Below are positions 19,643 to 27,594 of a stretch of 40,826 nucleotides of DNA, piece after piece. The translations under genes and the position numbers were made by a program. Numbering within the stretch: the stretch's first letter is position 1; every line of letters begins with the position of its first letter. The notes beneath the pieces are model-generated. The model ran no database searches. It saw only the letters and a list, made by a program, of their open reading frames with translations, and was not told the DNA's origin. Origin of the DNA: Acidobacteriota bacterium (lineage in GTDB: Bacteria > Acidobacteriota > Thermoanaerobaculia > Multivoradales > UBA5704); NCBI GenBank assembly GCA_040005235.1, contig JBDTZG010000048.1:1-40826 (forward strand), written 5' to 3'.

Positions 19643-20517
19643 GGCAACTCCTCGAAAGAGGCGATTAGGTTTCGTGCGACCTCGGCGAGCGCTGCGGCGA
19701 CCGGTCCCGCATCGGGGATCTCGGTGATCGCGCGGCCTTCGTCGGAAAGAGCGGCAAGCTGGGGGTCGAAAGGGATGCGGCCAAGGCAGGGAAGCGCGAG
19801 ATCCGACGCCTCCCGACTTTCGGGGAAGAGCGGCCGAACGGTGCCGCAGCCGGCGCAGGCGTAGCCGCTCATGTTCTCGACATGGCCCAGAAGCCGGTTC
19901 GGCAGGGGGGACAGCGCGCTCACTGAGCGAGCCACCACGCCTCGCGCCAAGGCTGAAGGAATCGAAACGAGTAGGACCGCGGCCTCAGGCCCTAGGAAGT
20001 CGGCGAACTGCGCGGTGCGCTCCGGCCCCGGTGGAAGATCGACAAGCAAAAAGTCGAGCGGACCCCAGTGCACTGCCGCCAACAGCTCGGCGAGCTTTGA
20101 AAGCTCTCGCGTGGCGCGCCAGACATGCGTATGCCGGGGAGAGGCACTGGGCCAAGCGAGAGCCTCGCCCTCGGCGAGCAGGCTGCCCACGGAGAGGATT
20201 TTGATCCCGTCGCGGCTCACCGGGACCAAAAGCCCCTCCTCGCCAGGCAGCGGCGGCACGTTCTGCACGCCTCCCAGCTGCGCCTGGCTCGGTCCGTTCA
20301 TGTCCGCATCGAGGATGCCCACCCGCTTGCCCTGGGCAAGGAGCATCGCGCCCAGCTGGCGGGTTAGCGTGCTCTTGCCGACCCCCCCCTTGCCCGAGCC
20401 GATCGCCACGATATGGCGGACCCCCGCCAAGCGCCGCGCGATCGCCGCTTCAAGGTCGGCGATCTGCTCGGCGACGCCCGATCCTCCGTCGCCTTCGATT
20501 TGGGAGTAAGCCTTCAT
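19639..20517 (-). CDS. Mrp/NBP35 (ApbC-like) P-loop ATPase, Fe-S cluster carrier
   Basis: SGKGGVGKS deviant Walker A, DAD..GPS, WG.LD.L.VDLPPG, ENMS.Y.CAGC. Confidence 0.9.
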   Translation of the reverse strand: MKAYSQIEGDGGSGVAEQIADLEAAIARRLAGVRHIVAIGSGKGGVGKSTLTRQLGAMLLAQGKRVGILDADMNGPSQAQLGGVQNVPPLPGEEGLLVPVSRDGIKILSVGSLLAEGEALAWPSASPRHTHVWRATRELSKLAELLAAVHWGPLDFLLVDLPPGPERTAQFADFLGPEAAVLLVSIPSALARGVVARSVSALSPLPNRLLGHVENMSGYACAGCGTVRPLFPESREASDLALPCLGRIPFDPQLAALSDEGRAITEIPDAGPVAAALAEVARNLIASFEELP

Positions 20518-20597
20518 GGTTGCGAGCCAGCAGGGCGCGATTGCATCACAGAGCAGGGGGGGCGGCAAGGGGACGGGGGCGGAACGTTGCCTCTTGC

Positions 20598-20648
20598 GCC
20601 AGGAAGTCACTTCCCAAGCCAGGAAGTCACTTCCCAAGCCAGGAAGTC
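20598..20648. repeat. 20-bp tandem repeat (2.5 copies) containing the palindrome GGAAGT-C-ACTTCC
   Basis: GCCAGGAAGTCACTTCCCAA x2 followed by GCCAGGAAGTC. Confidence 0.9.
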
Positions 20649-21005
20649 GCTCGCCGGACGGAACCGTCGCTTTCGAGGCCGGTAAGCCGCCAACCGCCAG
20701 GAAACCCCGCTTCCCAGATCCGGAGCTCGCTTTCGAAAGCAGAGCCGGTGGCGGGCCGTCCGCGCCCGGCCGGTGAGTAGAGCATGCTCCACGCCGCGCT
20801 TGAAGCCGAGATTCAGGAGCCGATCGGGCTCGATGGCGGAAAATGTGTCGGCGGGCAGCCAGGCAGGAGAATCGGAGAATCAGATGAGGACAGCCCCGGA
20901 GATCGCTGGAAGTTTGTGATGCACGGAACCGGCGGGACGCGGCCGAGCCGGCATCGGCTTTGGACATCGCTGGACGATCCCGGACAATTCTTTAGCGCGG
21001 ATGGC

Positions 21006-21035
21006 TTGACAGGTATATGCCGCAACAGGTATATT
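21006..21035 (+). promoter_or_regulatory. Sigma70-type promoter overlapped by an ACAGGTATAT direct repeat (likely ArsR operator)
   Basis: TTGACA(21006)-18 bp-TATATT(21030); ATG at 21042; ACAGGTATAT at 21009 and 21025. Confidence 0.75.
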
Positions 21036-21041
21036 CGCCGA

Positions 21042-21377
21042 ATGGAATCTGCGTTCAACGTCATCGCGGAGCCGAGCCGCCGGGCCATCCTGGGCCTTCT
21101 GGCGTCCTCGGAGAGATCGGTCCAGGAAATCGAGCAGCGGCTGCACATGCCACAGCCGTCGGTTTCTAAGCATCTGCGGGTGCTTCGCGACGCCGGCCTC
21201 GTGGAGTCGCGCGTGGACGCGCAGCGGCGCCTCTACCGACTCCGGCCGGAACCGCTCATGGAGGTGGACGCGTGGTTGTCTGCCTTCCGGCACTTCTGGT
21301 CTGCCCAGGTCGACGCTCTCGAACGCCACCTCGACCGCATGCATCAAGAGCCCCAAGGGGAGGGTGACAATGAATAG
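21042..21377 (+). CDS. ArsR/SmtB family transcriptional regulator
   Basis: F..IAEP.RR.IL.LL, QP.VSKHLRVLRDAGLV..R..AQRR.Y.L. Confidence 0.93.
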   Translation: MESAFNVIAEPSRRAILGLLASSERSVQEIEQRLHMPQPSVSKHLRVLRDAGLVESRVDAQRRLYRLRPEPLMEVDAWLSAFRHFWSAQVDALERHLDRMHQEPQGEGDNE

Positions 21378-21930
21378 GGACACGTACGAACCGGGTGCCG
21401 CCACCGGCGGCCAGGTCCAAGAGGATGGAGAGGAGCTGACGCTCATTCTCGTCCGCGAGCTTCGCCACTCTCCTGCCAAGGTCTGGAAGGCGCTCACCGA
21501 CCCCAAACATCTCCGCGAATGGGCGCCGTTCGATGCCGACCGGAACCTCGGTTCCGTTGGCACCGCAACCCTCACGACCGTGGGCGCCCCGAAGCCCCTG
21601 GTCTCCGAGTCTCTGGTCAAGCAAGCCGACGCGCCTCGGGTGCTAGAGCTCACCTGGGGAGGGCAGGACCTCCGCTGGGAGCTGGAGCCGGTCGGCAGCG
21701 GAACCCGGCTCACGCTCTGGCACAACATCAACCGCGACTTCATTGCGATGGGCGCCGCAGGCTGGCACATCTGCCTCGACGTGCTCGATCACCTACTCGA
21801 CCGCGAGCCCCTTGGGCGCATCGTCGGTGCCGATGCCCTGAAGTTCGGCGGCTGGCAGCGATTGAACGCCGAGTACGCCAAGCAGTTCGGCATTGAGCCC
21901 GCCGCTTGGCCGAACCCACCGAAGAATTGA
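21370..21930 (+). CDS. SRPBCC/AHSA1 domain protein
   Basis: R.L.HSP.KVW.ALTDP..L..WAPF, GTRLTL, AGWH.CLD; start may be 21364. Confidence 0.9.
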   Translation: MNRDTYEPGAATGGQVQEDGEELTLILVRELRHSPAKVWKALTDPKHLREWAPFDADRNLGSVGTATLTTVGAPKPLVSESLVKQADAPRVLELTWGGQDLRWELEPVGSGTRLTLWHNINRDFIAMGAAGWHICLDVLDHLLDREPLGRIVGADALKFGGWQRLNAEYAKQFGIEPAAWPNPPKN

Positions 21931-21949
21931 AGAGAGGAGGAGGAACCCC

Positions 21950-22336
21950 ATGAAGAAGAGCGAGGTACCCGAAGGCAAGACTCCGTCCGACATGATCGAC
22001 CAGAGGATCGAAGAGCTTGGCGACTGGCGGGGCGAAACGCTCGGCCGGCTCCGTTCCTTGATCCAAGCGGCCGACCCGAAGGTCATCGAGGAATGGAAGT
22101 GGAACGTCCCGGTTTGGTCGCATGACGGAATCCTCTGCACCGGCGAGACGTACAAGAAGGCCGTAAAGTTGACCTTCGCCCATGGCGCGGCACTCGACGA
22201 CCCTTCCGGCCTTTTCAACTCCAGCCTTGAAGGACACACCCGGCGCGCCATCGATTTCCCCGAGGGAGGGAAGATCGACGAGAAGGCGTTCAAGGCACTG
22301 ATCCGCGCCGCGGCGGCCTGGAATCAGGCAAAATAG
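21950..22336 (+). CDS. DUF1801 (YdhG-like) protein
   Basis: DWRG..L..LR.LI..ADP.V.EEWKW..PVWSH.G, VKLTF..GA.L.DP. Confidence 0.9.
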   Translation: MKKSEVPEGKTPSDMIDQRIEELGDWRGETLGRLRSLIQAADPKVIEEWKWNVPVWSHDGILCTGETYKKAVKLTFAHGAALDDPSGLFNSSLEGHTRRAIDFPEGGKIDEKAFKALIRAAAAWNQAK

Positions 22337-22380
22337 ACGCAGAAGGCTCGTACGTTGGATCGGGTTTCTGGAGAGGCGCC

Positions 22381-22761
22381 ATGAAACGAACTTGGACGAT
22401 CATCGGAGTTGGCGACGTGCCGGCTAGCTTCAAATGGTACCAGTCACTCCTCGGTCTGCCGGAGTCGGCTCCCGCCCACGACCACTTCGGTCAGATCCTC
22501 GATTCGGATGAAACGGTCTTGCTCTGCCTCCACCGATGGGGCGCGCACGAGCATCCGTCGTTGATGAGCCCCGACGCGGCGACACCTGGCAACGGGCTCC
22601 TCTTGTTCTTTCGCGTCGACGATTTCGCCCTGGCCGTAGAAAGGGCAAGATCCCTCGTCACCCGGTTCGAAGAGGAGCCGCACGTGAACCCCAATACTCG
22701 GACCGAGGAGTTCTCTCTCCGGGATCCGGATGGGTACTACGTATCGATTAACGGGGTCTAG
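22381..22761 (+). CDS. VOC family protein
   Basis: V.DV.AS..WY..LLG, EFSLRDPDGY. Confidence 0.9.
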   Translation: MKRTWTIIGVGDVPASFKWYQSLLGLPESAPAHDHFGQILDSDETVLLCLHRWGAHEHPSLMSPDAATPGNGLLLFFRVDDFALAVERARSLVTRFEEEPHVNPNTRTEEFSLRDPDGYYVSINGV

Positions 22762-22766
22762 TAGAG

Positions 22767-23141
22767 ATGCCAAGCAAGCGTCCGACGACGATCGCCGAGT
22801 ACATCGAGGCGGCTCCCCGCGAGGGCCAGCCGCACCTTCGCCGGCTGTACACGATCCTCAAAAGCGTGGCGCCGGAGGCCGAGGAGGTGATCAAGTGGGG
22901 AAACCCCTTCTTCGTGGAGCCCCGATTCCTTTTCGCTTTCTCCGCGCACAAAGCACACTGCAACTTCTTCCTGGCCGCGGCGGCGCTGGAGGCATTTCGC
23001 CAGGAACTGGAGATGCACAAGACGACCAAGAACTTCCTCCAGATTCCTTACGACCAGCCCGTGCCGGAGGATCTGATTCGCCGGATCGCCGAGCACCGTC
23101 TTCAGAGTGTGAGCGCGCGGGAAGATGACGCTTTTTGGTAA
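22767..23141 (+). CDS. DUF1801 (YdhG-like) protein
   Basis: TI.EYI.AAP....L..L..I.K.VAPEAEE.IKWG.P. Confidence 0.88.
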   Translation: MPSKRPTTIAEYIEAAPREGQPHLRRLYTILKSVAPEAEEVIKWGNPFFVEPRFLFAFSAHKAHCNFFLAAAALEAFRQELEMHKTTKNFLQIPYDQPVPEDLIRRIAEHRLQSVSAREDDAFW

Positions 23142-23223
23142 CTCGGCATACAAGATCTCGAACCACCCCCAATGGGCGTTCGCTGTCGACGAGCTCCGGT
23201 CTTGACGCCTATAGTGGGAGGCG

Positions 23224-24930
23224 ATGCTGAGTGTCCTGCTGGTGGGGCCCGACGACAGCACCACCAGGCTCCTGGCGGATCGCCTTCGCGGCGCAGGGGA
23301 GGGGGAGGGCGGCGCGTTCGACGTGCGGGTCGCGATCGGCGGCGGGGGCCTGCGGCTCGAGGGGGTGGATGTCGCGGTCTACCGGCCTCGCTTCGCCGGG
23401 CGCCGGCTCGCGATTCCCGACCCCAAGGACGTTGACGCCTTCCTCGCCGCCTGTACGCTCGGCGGTCCGCGTCGAGTGGTGCTGATCTCCGCCTCCGCGG
23501 CGACGCCGCCTCGGCACGATCACACCGGTTATAGCGACGAGACACACGCGGCGCGCGTTGGCAAAACCCGCCTGGCCGCCGCTTGGCTCGGTTTCGAGGA
23601 GCGCGCCAGGAGCCAGCTCGGCGCCGGGCGCGGCGTCGAGCTGGTGATCCTCCGTCCGACAGCGCTTCTCGCCCACGATTCCCCTGACTATTTGGCACGG
23701 CTGCTGCGCGCCCCCTTCGCGTTCACCGTTGCCGGTTTCGAGCCGACCGTCCAATTGCTCGCGCCGGAGGATTTTGCCGCCGCAATCCGCACCGCGGTGC
23801 TCGATTCTGGCGAGGGGGTCTACCAGGTGGTGCCGCGCGGGGCGGTTCCAGTGAAAAGCGCGCTCGGCCTGGCCCGCGTGCTGCGGATCGCAGTGCCGTT
23901 TGCCTGGCACCGGCTCGCCCGGGCTCTCCTGGCGCCGCTCGGGTTCGCCGACTCGATCGAGCAGGCGGAGTCGCTCCGCCACGTCGCAACCGTCTCGGGC
24001 GAGCGGCTCCGCCGCGACCTGGGATTCGCCCCCTCGCGAACGAGCGTGCGCGCGATTCTCGATCTGAGCGCCGAGAGGCGCCACACCTCCAAGGTGTCGG
24101 TGTCCAAGGTGTCGGCGGCCGACGAGCCTTGGTTCGACGATTTCGGCATGAGCGAAAGCTACGTTTCCGCCTACGGCCGGACCCTCTTCCGCTTTCTTCA
24201 TCGCGTTTTCTGGCGGATTGAGGTCAAGGGATTGGAGAACGTGCCGCGCGAAGGTGCGGCGATCCTGCTTGGTGTCCATCGCGGCTTCATGCCGTGGGAC
24301 GGCGTCATGGCGCTTCACACGATCTACCAGGCGATGCGCCGCGTGCCGCGCTTCCTGATCCACCCGACGTTGATCAAGTTCCCGTTCCTCGCCAACTACA
24401 TGACTAAGCTCGGCGGCGTCGTTGCTTGCCAGGAGAACGCCGACCGGTTGCTTCGCAACGGCGACCTGCTCGGCTTTTATCCGGAAGGGATTCGCGGTGC
24501 GTTCACGATGTATGAAGATGCCTACCGGATCGGCAAGTTCGGCCGAGACGAATTCGTGCGTACCGCCCTGCGCAACCAGGTGCCGATCGTGCCGTTCCTG
24601 ACGGTAGGCAGCGCCGAAATCTATCCGATCCTCGGTAAGATCGAGTGGTCGTGGTGGAAGCGTTACTCCGAGTGGCCGTTCTTGCCGATCACGCCGACTT
24701 TCCCCTGGCTGCCCTTCCCGCTGCCCTCGAAGTGGCACACGGAGTTCTTGGCGCCGATTCCAATCGACCGTCTCTATCCGAAAGAGGCGGCGGACGATCC
24801 GGTCATCGTACGCGCGATCAGCACCGAGATCCGCACGCTGATGCAGGAGCGGCTGCTTGCGATGAAGGCAAAACGGAAGTCGATCTTTTGGGGTTCGATC
24901 TTCACCGATGAGTCATCGGACCGTACCTGA
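23224..24930 (+). CDS. Fusion of a degenerate NAD-dependent epimerase-like domain and a lysophospholipid acyltransferase
   Basis: N-terminal: VVLISA, LVILRP, RDLGF.P. C-terminal: V.GLENVP.EG, HRGFMPWDG, YPEG, PIVP..TVG.AE. Confidence 0.85.
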   Translation: MLSVLLVGPDDSTTRLLADRLRGAGEGEGGAFDVRVAIGGGGLRLEGVDVAVYRPRFAGRRLAIPDPKDVDAFLAACTLGGPRRVVLISASAATPPRHDHTGYSDETHAARVGKTRLAAAWLGFEERARSQLGAGRGVELVILRPTALLAHDSPDYLARLLRAPFAFTVAGFEPTVQLLAPEDFAAAIRTAVLDSGEGVYQVVPRGAVPVKSALGLARVLRIAVPFAWHRLARALLAPLGFADSIEQAESLRHVATVSGERLRRDLGFAPSRTSVRAILDLSAERRHTSKVSVSKVSAADEPWFDDFGMSESYVSAYGRTLFRFLHRVFWRIEVKGLENVPREGAAILLGVHRGFMPWDGVMALHTIYQAMRRVPRFLIHPTLIKFPFLANYMTKLGGVVACQENADRLLRNGDLLGFYPEGIRGAFTMYEDAYRIGKFGRDEFVRTALRNQVPIVPFLTVGSAEIYPILGKIEWSWWKRYSEWPFLPITPTFPWLPFPLPSKWHTEFLAPIPIDRLYPKEAADDPVIVRAISTEIRTLMQERLLAMKAKRKSIFWGSIFTDESSDRT

Positions 24931-25033
24931 ACGGGTGGATGGAGAAGCGCCCTGGAAAGAAAACACACGGTATGGCAGGATCAACCTGCCGGCGATTCTC
25001 CATTTTAGGGGCTCCGTGCACCGGAGCGGACGT

Positions 25034-25837
25034 ATGAGGGTCCAGGCCCGTCTTCTCGTACCGATTGCAATCCTCCTGAGCCCCTCGCTCGCCGTGGCGG
25101 TGCTCGCCTTAGGTGCGTCGGCCCCTTATGCCGCGGCGCTCGCGGCGGTCGCCAAGGAGGATACGGTCGGCGCTCTGCCACTGTTCGAGCAGGCGCTCGA
25201 AGCCGCGCCGGACGATCTCCACGTGGCCAACGACTATCGCAAGGCGGTCATCGCAGCTCAGGCGTACGACCGGGCGCTCGACTTCTTCCAACGTCTAACC
25301 GCGGCGCATCCGAAGGCGGGAAACGCCTGGCTCAATTACGGCTACGCCTACGTGGACAAGATCCCGGTCGCGGGCTCGATCACCCGGGTTATCCTCGCCA
25401 ACGGCGCGATCACCCAGTTCGGCAAGTCGATCAAATCGGCGCGCACCTGGGTCGCGCTCTACACGCGCGGCAACAGCTACAACTACTGGCCGACGATTTT
25501 CGGCCGCGCACCCCTCGCCGTGGCCGATCTGGAAGAGGCGCTCGGCCTCGCCCGACGCGAGGCCGAGCAAGGGCGGAGGCTCCGCGTCCACGCGCGCACT
25601 TGGGTCGCGCTCGGCGACGCCTACTGGAAGACCGACCGGAAGGAAAGCGCCCGGTCGATCTGGCGCGAGGGGATCAGCCGGTTCCCCGACACGCCAGAGG
25701 CGACCGAGCTCGCCGAACGCCTGGCGCGGATCGACGCTCCGAAGAACGGCCAATCGCTCGACGATTACCTCGCCGCCAAGCTCGATCCGGCCGTCCGGGT
25801 CGACACCTCCCTCGACGGCCTTTGGAGCGACCCGTGA
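25034..25837 (+). CDS. Secreted TPR protein
   Basis: Hydrophobic signal; TPR-like AWLNYG.AY, WVALGDAY; GTGA overlap with next gene. Confidence 0.8.
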   Translation: MRVQARLLVPIAILLSPSLAVAVLALGASAPYAAALAAVAKEDTVGALPLFEQALEAAPDDLHVANDYRKAVIAAQAYDRALDFFQRLTAAHPKAGNAWLNYGYAYVDKIPVAGSITRVILANGAITQFGKSIKSARTWVALYTRGNSYNYWPTIFGRAPLAVADLEEALGLARREAEQGRRLRVHARTWVALGDAYWKTDRKESARSIWREGISRFPDTPEATELAERLARIDAPKNGQSLDDYLAAKLDPAVRVDTSLDGLWSDP

Positions 25838-27594
25838 GAGCGCGCTGGGCGCTCGCCGGACTTCTGCTGGCGGCACCGCTCCTGGGCGCCGAGGGGGCGC
25901 TGCCGCCGATTCGATTCGAAGCGGCGACCGCGGCGGTCGGCGCCGGGTTCCGCCATCACACGCGGACCTTTCCAGGCGAGTTCTCTGAGGTCCTCGGCAT
26001 GTTCACCGTCGGGGGTTCGAGCGTCGCGGTGGCCGACTACGACGGCGACGGCGATCTCGACCTCTTTCTCTGTGACTCGGAGCTGGGGACGGAGAGCCGG
26101 CTGCTGCGCAACGACCTCGAAGCAGGCCGCCCGGAGATGCTTCGCTTCACCGATGTGACCCGGGAGGCGGGCTTGGGCGGCGGCAACGACGCGCACTCGA
26201 TCGTCTCGGATGCGATGTTCTTTGACGCCGACGACGACGGTCGCGAAGACCTCCTCGTCGCCCGTTTCGGCACGCCCATCCTTTATCGCAATTTGGGTGG
26301 GGGCAAGTTCGAGGACGTCTCCGCGGGCGCCGGCCTGTCGAAATTCGGCAACACGATCGCGGTGATTGCGTTCGACGCCGACAACGACGGCCGTCTCGAC
26401 CTCCTGTTCGCGAATTATTTCAAACCGGTCAATCTGCTCGACCTACCCGACCACCACGTCTTGCCGAACGATCTCGACGCGGCGACCAACGGCGGCGGCG
26501 TCACCTTCTGGAAGAACGTCACCGAGCAGGCCGCGCCCGATGGAAAACCGCGACCGATCCGCTTCGTCGAAGCGACCGAGGCGGTCGGTCTGGCAAAACT
26601 CACCGGTTGGTCGCTCGATCTGGGCCACGCCGACTTGAACAACGACGGCTGGCAGGATCTCTACGTCGCCTGCGACTACGGCACCGACCGATTGTTTTTC
26701 AACCAGCGGGACGGCACCTTTCGCGATGCCACCCAAGCGGCGATCGGCTTCGACACCAAGAAGGGGATGAACGTCGATTTCGCCGACTACAACCACGACG
26801 GCTGGCTCGACGTTTACGTCACGAACATCACCGACGAGTACATGAAAGAGTGCAACATGTTGTGGAGCAACAACGGCGATGGGACGTTCATCGATCTGGC
26901 GAAGGAAACCGGTACCTGCGATACGCTGTGGGGGTGGGGGGCCAAGTTCGGTGACTTCGACAACGATACCTGGGAAGACCTGTTCGTCGTCAACGGCCTG
27001 CGTTCGGCGGGGCCAGAGAATTACATTCCGACCCTGGTGGAGATGATCATCAAGCCCGGCATCGATTTTTCCGACGTTGCGAGCTGGCCGAAAATCGGCG
27101 CCATGAGCTGGAGCGGGCGGCAGAAAAAGAAACTGTTTCACAACCTTTCCGGTCAGCTATTCAAAGAGATCGCGGCCGAGGCCGGGGTTGACAATGTCGC
27201 CGACGGCCGCGGCATCGGCGTGGCCGACTTCGACGGCGATGGCAAGCTCGACCTCTATCAGGCCAACGCCAACCAGGACTCACTCTTCTACCGCAATCGG
27301 ACCGAGAACGCCGGCCATTACGTTGAGCTCGACCTGCGCGGCATTCGCTCGAACCGCGACGGCATCGGGGCACGCGTCACGCTCAAGGTCGCGGGTGCGA
27401 CGCTGATTCGCGAAGTCAACGGCGGCAACGGCTACGCGAGCCAGAGCGGGCATCGGCTCCATTTCGGGCTCGGGAGCTCGACCGCGATCGAATCCGCGGT
27501 CGTCTCCTGGCCGAGCGGCCAGAAGGACACGCTCATTCTGCCGCTCGATCGCCGGTCGATGATCGAGGAAGGCAAGGGCGTGGTGCCGCGGTGA
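25834..27594 (+). CDS. CRTAC1-like FG-GAP repeat / ASPIC-UnbV protein
   Basis: Multiple D.D.DG..DL repeats, WGWG..FGDFDND, SNRDGIGARV, G.GY.SQ...LHFGLG, WPSG. Confidence 0.92.
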   Translation: MRARWALAGLLLAAPLLGAEGALPPIRFEAATAAVGAGFRHHTRTFPGEFSEVLGMFTVGGSSVAVADYDGDGDLDLFLCDSELGTESRLLRNDLEAGRPEMLRFTDVTREAGLGGGNDAHSIVSDAMFFDADDDGREDLLVARFGTPILYRNLGGGKFEDVSAGAGLSKFGNTIAVIAFDADNDGRLDLLFANYFKPVNLLDLPDHHVLPNDLDAATNGGGVTFWKNVTEQAAPDGKPRPIRFVEATEAVGLAKLTGWSLDLGHADLNNDGWQDLYVACDYGTDRLFFNQRDGTFRDATQAAIGFDTKKGMNVDFADYNHDGWLDVYVTNITDEYMKECNMLWSNNGDGTFIDLAKETGTCDTLWGWGAKFGDFDNDTWEDLFVVNGLRSAGPENYIPTLVEMIIKPGIDFSDVASWPKIGAMSWSGRQKKKLFHNLSGQLFKEIAAEAGVDNVADGRGIGVADFDGDGKLDLYQANANQDSLFYRNRTENAGHYVELDLRGIRSNRDGIGARVTLKVAGATLIREVNGGNGYASQSGHRLHFGLGSSTAIESAVVSWPSGQKDTLILPLDRRSMIEEGKGVVPR

